Source: Mycoplasmatales bacterium (GTDB lineage Bacteria; Bacillota_I; Bacilli_A; CBDATW01). From it: a stretch of DNA of 64,000 bases. The position numbers and the translations under genes were made by a program. The notes below the pieces were generated by a model. The model searched no databases. It saw only the letters and a program-made list of their open reading frames with translations, and had not been told where the DNA came from. The stretch's first letter is position 1. Each line of letters opens with the position of its first letter. The stretch lies in NCBI GenBank assembly GCA_965214965.1, contig OZ244030.1, positions 266,239 through 330,238 on the forward strand, given 5' to 3'. Positions 24,100 through 33,623 of the stretch are shown in pieces.

Positions 24100-25164
24100 A
24101 TGAAAGTATTAATTTTTGGTGGAAAATTCAACCCAATTCATAAAGGCCATAAAGCAGCAATTAAAGAGATTGTATCTAAGACTAATTTTGATCAAGTCTG
24201 AATTATGCCAAATGGTTTACCTAAAGAAAAAAAATTCATATCAGAAACTACTAGAAAACAAATAATAGAAAAGTTTTGTATAAAAAATAACTTCGTTTTA
24301 TTTGATTGAGAAATTAATCAAAATAAATATATTGATACAATTGACACTATCAGATATATTAATAATACTTACGATCATGATTTTTCTTTTGTTATTGGAG
24401 CAGATCAATGCAACAAGTTTCATCTTTGACCAAAGTTTGAAGAACTATCAAAAGAAATTAAATTAATTGGTGTAACAAGAAAAGGATTCCCATTTTCTAA
24501 TAAATATAATGAAAAATATTTCAACAGTTTTATAGAAATAGATGCTCCTGAAGCATCTTCAACTTGTTTAAGATCAGGATATTTAGAAGTAATAGATAAA
24601 GAAGATTTGAAACTTTTATCACAAGATTTAGGGTTTTGAAAACAGTATCTTTCACAAATTATGTCTAAAAAACGCTATATCCACTCATTAAATGTTGCAG
24701 ATAGAGCCAAACAACTAGCTTTACAATATCTGCCAGAAAAAACTGAAAAAGCTTACTTAGCTGGACTTTTACATGATATTACAAAAGAATTTGATGAAAA
24801 TTTTCAAAAAAGTATGGTCCCAATAAAATTTTTTGAAAATGAATCATCAAAAACATGACATCAATGATCAGGTGCACAATTAATAAAAGAAATTGGTATT
24901 CAAGATGAAGAGATTATAAATGCAATCGCAAGACATACAACTACTGATTTTGAAATGTCAACTTTTGATAAAATTGTGTTTTGCGCTGATAAAACATCAG
25001 TTGAAAGAGAATATAAAGAAGTTCCAGAGATTTTAAACGCATGCAATATATCATTAGATAAGTGTTTCGACCATTGTTTCCAAGCAGTTATAACATTTTT
25101 GCATAAAAATAATATACAAATAACTGATAGAACACAAAAATTAATAGATAAATGAAGCAAATAG
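24100..25164 (+). CDS. nadD: fused nicotinate-nucleotide adenylyltransferase NadD / HD-domain hydrolase YqeK
   Basis: N-terminal GGKFNPIHKGH (HxGH). C-terminal HD domain KRYIHSLNVA...GLLHDITKE. A single frame translated by hand from 24100, interrupted only by TGA. Confidence 0.85.
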
Positions 25165-25185
25165 GTCTAACCTATTTGTTTTATG
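25159..25185 (+). terminator. terminator after nadD-yqeK
   Basis: AAATAGG-TCTAA-CCTATTT followed by GTTTT. Confidence 0.5.
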
Positions 25186-25238
25186 ATATAATCATAAATG
25201 TTAATAACAAAAATAGTTTAGTACAAGGAGAAAATTAA

Positions 25239-26108
25239 ATGATTACAAATGCAAAACAAATGGTTAAAGATGCTTTTGCTAGAGGATATGCTGTTCCTCA
25301 GTTTAACGTTAACAACTTAGAATGAGCAAAAACAATTTTAGAAACTTGTGAAGAACATAAGTCACCAGTTATTCTTGGTGTTTCAGCAGGTGCTGCTAAA
25401 TATATGGGGGGATATACTGTAGCCAAAGAAATGATAGGTGCATTAGATAAAGATTTAGGTATTACAGTTCCAGTCGCAATCCACATGGATCATGGACATG
25501 ATGATGATTGTGAAAAAGCGGTAGCAGCTGGTTTTACATCACTAATGTTTGATGGCTCACACCTGCCATTAGAAGAAAATCTAGAAATCACTAAAAAATG
25601 AGTAGCAATTTCTGCTGAAAAAGGTTTGTCGCTTGAAGCAGAAGTTGGTTCAATCGGTGGAGAAGAAGACGGAATTATTGGCACAGGAGAACTGGCATCA
25701 TCTGAACATTGTAAAATGATGCTTGATTTAGGAGTTGACTTCTTAGCAGCTGGAATCGGAAACATCCATGGACCATACCCAGAATCATGAGAATCACTAT
25801 CTTTTGAAACTTTAGAATCGCTTAAAGAAGGTACAGAAGGTAAAATGCCATTTGTTCTACATGGGGGATCAGGAATCCCAGCTGATCAAATAACTAAAGC
25901 AATTGAATTAGGAGTTGCTAAAATTAACGTTAACACAGAATTACAACTTGTAAATGCTTATGCACTAAAAAAATACTTTGATGCAAACAAACATGCTGAA
26001 GGTAAAGGTTTTGACCCAAGAAAAATCAATGCCGTTGGTATTGCTGCTATGAAAGAAGAGCTAGCTGCAAAAATCAAACTATTTGGTTCAGAAAATAAAG
26101 CTAAATAA
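25239..26108 (+). CDS. fba: class II fructose-bisphosphate aldolase
   Basis: Motifs HMDHG, GNIHG and LHGGSG. Three track ORFs in one frame via TGA (checked). Extended -10 TGATATAAT at 25184-25192. Confidence 0.93.
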
Positions 26109-26187
26109 TTTGCAATAATACTTAAGTATTGTTATAATTTATCAGCATTGAAAAATTATTAATAAAAAATACTAAAAGGAGATAAAT

Positions 26188-26394
26188 ATGGCAAAAGCAA
26201 ATCTGCATCCAAAATACCAAAAAACAAATGTAACATGCACATCATGTTCATTTTCATTTGAAACTGGTTCAACATTAAAAGAGTTAAAAGTTGATACATG
26301 TTCAAATTGCCACCCATTCTTTACTGGTGGACAAAGATCTCACTCACAAGATTCAAGAGTTGAGAAGTTCAAAGCTAAATACGGAATGAAGTAA
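26188..26394 (+). CDS. rpmE: 50S ribosomal protein L31 (Zn-ribbon type)
   Basis: LHPKY..., CTSC ... CSNCHPFFTG. Extended -10 TGTTATAAT at 26130-26138. Confidence 0.93.
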   Translation: MAKANLHPKYQKTNVTCTSCSFSFETGSTLKELKVDTCSNCHPFFTGGQRSHSQDSRVEKFKAKYGMK

Positions 26395-26428
26395 TTTTTG
26401 CTGCATTTACTTTTCAAAACAATAGTAT

Positions 26429-26455
26429 AAAAACCACCCGATGGTGGTTTTTATT
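26429..26455. terminator. bidirectional terminator between rpmE and the MATE gene
   Basis: AAACCACC-CGAT-GGTGGTTT flanked by A- and T-runs. Confidence 0.65.
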
Positions 26456-27788
26456 ATTTTTTAAATAATGCTAGGTGTTTGTATTTGTCTTTGTTTATTT
26501 GCTGAGAAACATATCATTTAGTAAATAATGCTCCGAACAAATCAGAAGTTGGTAAGGCAATTAGTAAAATACGTAAATCATTCAAGAGAGAAAAAAGAAT
26601 AACTATTGGAATAAAAATAATAACATTTCTTATTAAAGAAATAGTAACTGTTTGCTTTGCTAATCCTGTGCTTTGAAAAATTGTTCCTCAAATAATTGGG
26701 TGAGCCACAAATATAATACCCACACCAATGGTTCTTATAATATAGGTAGCATTACCATATGCTGAAACATTAAAAACTTTTAATAGTGTAGTTGGAAAGA
26801 TAATCATTAAAACAAACGCAATTAAGAAATATCTCTGGAGTATTTTGAATTTATACACAGAAATATCTCTTAATCTTTCGTAATTTTTAGAACCAAAGTT
26901 ATAACCAATCATAGGCCCGCCTGCAGCTGCGATCCCAAATACTGGAATTAAAATAGTTATTCACGCTGTTCTTGCAGCAGAATAAGCAATAATATCGTTT
27001 TTAGTTCCAATTTTGGTTAGAAAAAATGTAAAAACAAAAATTTTAATACTCAAAATTATGCTCTCTGTCATTGCGGGTATACCCATTTTAAATATTTTTT
27101 TAACATTGTTATATTTAATTTTATATTTAAAAATATTTAACAAAAATTCTTTTCTTACAAACAGCACATATATAAGTATTAGCAATAAGTTAACATACAT
27201 GGAAATTGTAGTTGCCCAAGCAGCTCCTGCAATTCCTCATTGCAAGTTTTTCATAAAAATAACATCTAGTAAAAGGTTTATAATTTGTGCTGCAAGTGTA
27301 AACTGCATAATAATTTTAGTATATCCTTTTGCTTGGAAAACACTTTCAAATAGATAGACAATAGATTGTGCGAAAACTCCAATTGCAAAAACTTTATAAT
27401 AATCTGAAGCAAGATTTGCAAGTTCTTTTGGCGCATTAAATGCCACCCCTATTTTTGGCCCTAAGTTATATGTCAAAAACATTAGAAAAATCGCTGCTAG
27501 TATCATTAGTAAATATGAATTTGAAAGAAGAGAATTCACTTCTTTATTTTCTTTTTTACCAAGCATGATAGAAAAATTAACTTTGGTTCCAACAGCTACA
27601 ATTGTTGAAATAGCAGCGATTAAGTTAGCACTTGGCCCAACATACTGCATTGCTCCCATGCCTTCTGGACCCACAAATCTTGAAATGAGAATTCTATCAA
27701 TCGTTATATAAGCAGACATAACTAAAAAAGTAAAAATGGAGGGCAATGCTAATTTTCACAAAGCTTTTTTATAAGGCATTTTTCCCAT
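26454..27788 (-). CDS. MATE-family multidrug/toxin efflux transporter
   Basis: About 12 hydrophobic segments. N-terminal LALPSIFTFLVMSAYITIDRILISRFVG is typical of MATE. Merged across TGA from track ORFs 26688-26912, 26961-27200 and 27237-27746. An alternative start lies at 27809. Confidence 0.8.
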
Positions 27789-27801
27789 TATGTAATCAGT
27801 T

Positions 27802-28590
27802 TTAATCATTTATAACTCTTTTTTCCAATCTTTGCATTTTATATTTAGCTATATGAACATATATTTGGTCAGGTCTTTGATCGTACAACATATTAGCTCA
27901 GGCACATCACATTAGATTTTGGAAATCATTTCACAAGTCGAGATCCCCTTCATTATATTTTTCATTTTTAAAATATTCATTTAAAAAAATTCTCTTGTAT
28001 TTTGTATCATATAGATCATTCTCATTTAAAAAACTTACAACATCAAAAATTGGATCATTCATACCGGCATATTCTCAATCTATTAAATATAGCTTATTAG
28101 GAGTAAAAAGAAAATTCCCAGGAGTTAAATCATTGTGGCAGAGAACTTTATCTTTTTCGTCACAATAAATTTTATTAATTTTATCTATCAAAAACATAAA
28201 TTTGTCATAATCATACATAGGATTAACTATATTATCCAGGTAATCCTTTATTACTTTTCTTGGTTCGAATGTGATATCTGTTTTTATTTTTTTATCATGT
28301 AATTTTTTAATTATATTTGCAATTTGCCTCACTTTAACTTCATTGATTGGATCATCTTCTAAAGTTTTAGCTTCTTTAATAAATTTAGCTATTTTAACTT
28401 CCTTATTAATTGTTTTAATTTCAACATCAAAATCTTTAACCAAACTGTGAAGTTTAACCTCGTTGTTAGCAACTAAATTAGAATATTTTTTAACAATATA
28501 ACCATTACTTGATAAGTAATTGTAATTTGTAATCCCTTTATTTAGTTTTTGAAAAGTTACATTTTCATCAAAGTATTTTTTAAATTCCAT
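27802..28590 (-). CDS. choline/ethanolamine-kinase-like phosphotransferase (LicA/APH fold)
   Basis: Brenner motif LCHNDLTPGNFLF plus IDWEYAGMNDPIFD. The track ORF extended through TGA to TAA 27802-27804. Confidence 0.75.
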
Positions 28591-28952
28591 AATATTTACC
28601 TACAAAATATTATAACAAAAGTGTTAGAATATAATTATAATAAAAGAGGTAATACGCAAAGTTTTTTGTTAACATCGAAGCTAAAATTTTTTATATCGGT
28701 TGATAGTATAACAAAAGATAATGCTGAGATTATCACTACCAGTAAAATTGAAAAAAACACGAAACCCTGAATAGGTGCCAAAAATAGTTCTTATCAAAAC
28801 CAATAGATTTATTATTAAAATAGATGAAAATCAAAATTAGAGTTGATTGATAGTAAGGTTTTGCAAATAAATTTAGCTAGATAAAAATACCCAAAACAGA
28901 AACAGTAGTAATTAGCACTATTTCAACTATAATATAGAAAAGGATTTACCAA

Positions 28953-29189
28953 ATGAAAACAATCACTAAAAAACTAACATTATTATTACAAACAGTTATA
29001 TCAATAACAACAGGAGTATTAGCTGCATTTTTTGCTTTATTAATTAAAATGCCTAACCAATTTAACATTTTTATCATTTCATCACTTTCTTGTTTTATAG
29101 CCATTTCATTCACTATTTGAAATATTAAAAGAACATTTAAAACTAATTTTTATCAATTCAATAGTAAAAACTTCTTCGATCAAGGTTAA
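28953..29189 (+). CDS. 78-aa two-helix membrane protein, unknown function
   Basis: RBS AAAAGGA. Hydrophobic stretches VISITTGVLAAFFALLI and IFIISSLSCFIAISFTIW. One TGA. Stops 4 nt before the next gene. Confidence 0.45.
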
Positions 29190-29193
29190 ATTT

Positions 29194-29601
29194 ATGAAAA
29201 AATATGTTTCTTTAGAACAAATATACAAAAAAATACGAAAAAGAGGCTACAAGGTTTCGAAAGCCAGAGCACAATTAATACAGATTTTATTAAAATCTGA
29301 TGAGTATTTAAGTATTAACAAAGTTGCAAAAAAATTAAAACATCCTAATGTTTCGTCACTTTACAACAATATTTGGTTTTTGGAAAAACTAAAAATTGTA
29401 GACATAATTTCTCACAACAATACTAAAATGTTCCAAATTCCATATGATCCAGATAATTTCTCATCCAATTTTACTGGTTATTATGTTACGAAAAATAATA
29501 AAATTAGATCATTTAATATTGATGAAGAACTCAAATCAATTCGAAATAAATTAAGTGATTTAAAAATCGAAAAAGTTAAAATAATTGTTTCTGAAAAATA
29601 A
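29194..29601 (+). CDS. Fur-family-like winged-helix regulator lacking the usual metal ligands
   Basis: YKVSKARAQLIQILL...SSLYNNIWFLEKLKIV resembles the Fur wHTH (xTxQRxxIL ... TVYRxLxxLxxxGLV). The C-terminal half has no Cys and lacks the HHH/CxxC clusters. Confidence 0.55.
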   Translation: MKKYVSLEQIYKKIRKRGYKVSKARAQLIQILLKSDEYLSINKVAKKLKHPNVSSLYNNIWFLEKLKIVDIISHNNTKMFQIPYDPDNFSSNFTGYYVTKNNKIRSFNIDEELKSIRNKLSDLKIEKVKIIVSEK

Positions 29602-29669
29602 AATATAGACAATTGCTTAATTTATTTATATAATAAACTAGCAAAATATAATAAAAGGTGGTGAAATTA

Positions 29670-29858
29670 ATGTCAGAAGTTATTGTAAAAGATGGTGAAA
29701 GTTTGGAACAAGCTCTTAAAAGGTTCCAAAGACTATCAGCTGGAAAGAAAAGACAATTAAGAGCTAGAAGAGAATATTTAAAACCAGGTGTAAAAGCTAA
29801 ACTAAAATCAAAAGAAGCTAGAAAAAAAGCTGCCAAAAGAAACAAAAGAAGACGTTAA
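29670..29858 (+). CDS. rpsU: 30S ribosomal protein S21
   Basis: MSEVIVKDGESLEQALKRFQR...REYLKPG is the canonical S21. RBS GGTGGTGA. Start at ATG 29670 inside the track ORF. Confidence 0.93.
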   Translation: MSEVIVKDGESLEQALKRFQRLSAGKKRQLRARREYLKPGVKAKLKSKEARKKAAKRNKRRR

Positions 29859-29941
29859 TTTAATTAATTTAAATTATTAAATAAATTATAAAAAAAGAAA
29901 AATTATAAAAAAACTATTCACACTATAGGAGGCATTAAATT

Positions 29942-30235
29942 ATGTACATTAACCTAAGGTACGGTGATAACGAAGCTATTATGAACTACATGGAAGCAGA
30001 AGAAGGAAAATTAAACCTGCTTTCAAATAAATATTCAGATAAAGTAGAAATCATCAAAGAAGACCAAAACAATACAGCAATCCTTATTAAAGATGGGGAA
30101 GAATTTGATGTTACAATTGAATGGGTTGAGTCAGAAGCAGATGTTCAAGCAATTTGAGATGCTTTTGAAGAAGAAGGAGTAAATTACTTTGCTTCTGCTG
30201 AAGATTTAGTCGGAATGGTCTTAACAATTAAATAA
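29942..30235 (+). CDS. 97-aa highly acidic hypothetical protein
   Basis: RBS TAGGAGG. The ORF continues through TGA 30155 to TAA 30233-30235. Rich in Glu/Asp. No recognisable motif. Confidence 0.55.
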
Positions 30236-30275
30236 AAGAGGTTTAAGCCTTTTTTTTATTTAAACCTCTTTTTAT
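30234..30275. terminator. bidirectional terminator between convergent genes
   Basis: Long stem AAAGAGGTTTAA ... TTTAAACCTCTTT around a T-rich loop. Confidence 0.55.
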
Positions 30276-30277
30276 TA

Positions 30278-30880
30278 TTAAAATTTATAGTTTTTCATTA
30301 ATTTTACATATCTACGCTTAAAGAATTGATTATAAGATTTAATTTGTTCTAATTTTAGCTTATTTTCTTTAATAAATAATTTAATTTTCAAGTAATGTGA
30401 TTCATTTCTGAAATCAGCTATCTGTACTAGTTCATATAATTCGAATATTTTTCTAGTTTCCGAGTTAATTGGAATTTTTGTTGGTTTAATCTCAATATTT
30501 CCATGTTTCTTAGCTCTTTTAACTAAATTTGAATAAATTACAAGTTTTTTTGGAAATTCATTCAAAAAACCATGTTTATTCCATAATCATTCTTGTGCAA
30601 CAAATCCGTTATCATTTTCACAATAAAATTTTATTACAGAACCCCAATTATTAAAATCAACTTGAATATATGATTCGTCATTTGTAAAAATTCCTCGTTC
30701 TACTTTTTTGATTTTATTTTCTTTTCACAATATATGCAAAATAACTGTTATGTAATTTAGAGATTTTTTCTTATTATAACTTTGGCTGAATAAAATCATA
30801 TTTTTAAGATAAATATCTTTTGCTGAAAATTTACCTTCAAAATTCAAAATAATTTTTGCAATTGTACTTTTCCTTATCAC
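30278..30880 (-). CDS. 200-aa hypothetical protein with an N-terminal AbiEi-like winged-helix
   Basis: Track ORF 30278-30565 extends upstream through two TGA codons to GTG 30880, with RBS GAGG 6 nt upstream. N-terminus IAKIILNFEGKFSAKDIY...LHILWKENKIKKVERGIF resembles wHTH domains ending in the RG-hydrophobic-aromatic motif. Confidence 0.6.
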
Positions 30881-30890
30881 TTTATACCTC

Positions 30891-30948
30891 TATACTACAA
30901 TATGTATTATATTATTATTTATAATAATATAATACTATATGTAGTATA
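30891..30948. repeat. 58-bp imperfect inverted repeat (28-nt arms, 24/28 complementary)
   Basis: TATACTACAATATGTATTATATTATTAT-TT-ATAATAATATAATACTATATGTAGTATA, located between the stop at 30964 and the start at 30880. Confidence 0.7.
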
Positions 30949-30963
30949 AAAGTCAAGTATTTT

Positions 30964-32466
30964 TTATTTTTTTTCTTTGAAAAATAAAAAAATACTAATG
31001 AATACTATTCCAGCGGCCAATCAAGAAAAAAAGGTTTTTTTAGATTTTATTTCATTTTTTAGCATATTTTTTACTAATATACTATTTGAGTTTTGATAAA
31101 AATTTGATTCCAAACCCTCTTTATAAATAGTAAAATTTTGCTTAAAAGCTTCTTTTTCTTTATTAATTTTTTCTGTTTTTTTAGTTTGTTTTTGTTTTTC
31201 TGCAGCAATGATTTCTTGTTGTTTTTGGAGTTCTTTTTCCTTTCTGAGATTTTGATTTATAATATTTTTATAAGAAATTTCAAAATTATAATTTTTTATG
31301 GTTTTTTGATCTTTCATGGTAATTGTTAAGGGTTGGATCTCGTTGTTTTGCCTTTTTTGACCTCAATCCACCTTAATTTCTTTAAAATTATTAGAAAAAA
31401 CATTAAATCCAAAGTAATTGTTAGATTTTAATATGTTTCTCACTATTAAATTATCATCTGTTTCATCTACAGACAGTTTTTTATTAGAAAATTCAGCATA
31501 TTTTATAAAACCATTGGCAATATAGGGTTTAATATAAATACCTTTACCAAAACTTCAATTTTTGTAAACAGCCCTTGGATTATGAATTTTTTTAATTTTG
31601 TAATTCCCTGAAGTTCTTAAATTATCAATTTCAATTTTATCACCAATTTTATAAGGTATTCTAATAAATTGATCTTCTATATAGGGTTTTTTATTACTGA
31701 TAAGATCAATATATCCTGTAGCGTCAATAAATTGATTGTTTAGAAAAAACATTTTCCCTAATTGAAAATCACGTGTCAAATCAACTTCTAAAGCCTCTTT
31801 GTTTAAATACATTGCTCATTCTGTAGATTTGCTTTCATTTTTATCGCAAAAAAGCTTTGTATTAGGCACATATATTGGTTTTCAAATACTTTTTAGCTCA
31901 TTTTGTCCTTTAGTTGGTATTTTGAGCTCTATAAGCCAAGAATAACCATTAGAAAAATGAAAATTTGTTTCTTTAACCTTACAATAGTAATTATTAGTAT
32001 TTTGATATACACCATCTAGATAGGTATCCTGTTTATATTTTTTTAAAAATATAATTTCATCACCTTCACTAATTGTGTTTTTAATTTGGTTTCAGGGGTC
32101 ATTTTGATACACTCCATTTACAATGGCATACATTTCATAGTCTCTTTGACCAGCGTTGTTTCAGTTAGTTTGAGTGGGATCAAAGTGTGTAAAATTTTTT
32201 AACTCTTCTCCATTAAATTCCATCCCTTCTACTAAGGCTTCATTAATAGAATCAACATTATTAACATGCAAATATGTTTGTTTCCAATCAAATTGCTGCT
32301 CACTACTTTCTGGAACATCACTAGGATTAGGCAATTGATAAAATCTATCTTCAGAAAAAACTAAAGGTTTATCATAAATTATTCCTTTATTAAAATTATT
32401 ATTAAAAAATATAAATGATGCATTAAGCATAATTATTAAAGCATTTATTATTTTCAAAATTTTCAT
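30964..32466 (-). CDS. 500-aa surface protein with an N-terminal signal/anchor, a Lys/Glu/Gln coiled-coil stalk and a C-terminal TM anchor
   Basis: Track ORFs 32161-32466, 31555-31812 and 31021-31317 are one frame. I translated the whole interval and found only TGA interruptions. N-terminus MKILKIINALIIMLNASFIFF. C-terminus WLAAGIVFISIFLFFKEKK. Confidence 0.7.
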
Positions 32467-32539
32467 ATTAATACCTCCTTATATTTAATAAATATCCAAA
32501 AATATCCAAATATTGATTTTTATATAAAAAAACTCCTAT

Positions 32540-32953
32540 TTAGGAGTTTGCAATTTTATCCAATATAGCATTAATATACTTTTTAGAATCACCATAACTA
32601 AAAATTTTTGATAATTCTAGAGCTTCATTAATAGCTACTTTATTTGGAACATCTTGATGTTTAATTTCATAAGCTGCAAGTAATAGTATAGCTTTATCTT
32701 GAGAGTCTAAACGATCAAAACTCCAATTCTCTTTAGTATATTTATTAATTAAAATTATTAATTCTTCTTTGTTTTTCAAAGAATTTTCTAATAATGTTTC
32801 GGCATATGAGCCTGCATAATAAAATTCTGATATTTCAAAAAGGTTTTTCAAAAATACATCTATTTCTTCTTGCAGAATTAATGATGCACAAATGTATTGA
32901 AAAGCAAAAACCCTGCAATCCCTCCTCTTTTTAAAATCAAATTTTATTTCCAT
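32540..32953 (-). CDS. nusB: transcription antitermination factor NusB
   Basis: RRDCRVFAFQYICA ... AILLLAAYEI ... VAINEALELSK are typical of NusB. Start placed at ATG 32953, because the upstream part of the track ORF overlaps efp. Confidence 0.85.
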   Translation of the reverse strand: MEIKFDFKKRRDCRVFAFQYICASLILQEEIDVFLKNLFEISEFYYAGSYAETLLENSLKNKEELIILINKYTKENWSFDRLDSQDKAILLLAAYEIKHQDVPNKVAINEALELSKIFSYGDSKKYINAILDKIANS

Positions 32954-32960
32954 TATTTTT

Positions 32961-33518
32961 TTATCCTCTACCTGAATATTTACCATCAGCAGTTGAAACT
33001 TCAATAGTTTCACCTTCTTTAATAAATGCTGGTGTATATAGTTCAAAACCTGTATCTGTTTTAACTTTGATTTGAACGTTAGTAGCAGTATCACCTTTTA
33101 CTGCTGGTTCTACCTCTGCAATTGTTAGAATCATTTTTGGCTTAAGTTCAATACCTAAAATTTCTTCCCCAAAAGTTCTTACGTAACAAGTTGAGCCTTC
33201 TTTTAAGAAATTAAGTTCTCATTCAATTTGAGACTTAGGAATTTCAACTTGATCAAAAGTTTCATTATTCATAAACACAATTACATCCCCTTGATCATAT
33301 AGATATTGCATTTCTACTTTTGTAATGTTAGCTTTTTCAAATTTATCGCTTCCTCCAAAAGTCGTAGTTGTAATTGTCCCTGTCCTTAGGTTTCTCATTT
33401 TAACTTTAATATTTGCTGCAGCTCTTGCAGTTTTATTATGGCTAACTTCCATACAAACAAAAATATCTTTTCCATTTTTAAAAGTCATTCCTGGTCTTAG
33501 TTCGTTTGATAAAATCAT
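32961..33518 (-). CDS. efp: translation elongation factor P
   Basis: MILSNELRPGMTFKNGKDIFV... The track ORF continues through TGA 33219 to TAA 32961-32963 (translated by hand). 185 aa. Confidence 0.93.
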
Positions 33519-33588
33519 TTTACCCTCCTTGTATTAATTTTATCAAAAAACTACTTGTAGTAGCCTTTGTATAATAAATATTTATTTT
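33519..33588 (-). repeat. intergenic element copy A (hairpin plus U-run plus RBS region)
   Basis: TTAATTTTATCAAAAAACTACTTGTAGTAGCCTTTGTATAATAA is nearly identical to 34285-34330. Confidence 0.6.
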
Positions 33589-33623
33589 CTTGTGTTTTTA
33601 TCTTAAAAATTTTTGGTATTAGA

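Noticed and set aside
28549-28770. 73-aa + strand ORF in the kinase / small-membrane-gene spacer
   Set aside because: It starts antisense inside the kinase gene, has no RBS and has a low-complexity sequence. It was kept only as part of the non-coding-gap finding.
31120-31260. Repetitive-looking Lys/Glu/Gln-coding stretch (possible tandem DNA repeat or phase-variation tract)
   Set aside because: I could not find an exact repeated unit at the DNA level. It is low-complexity coiled-coil coding sequence inside the 500-aa ORF.
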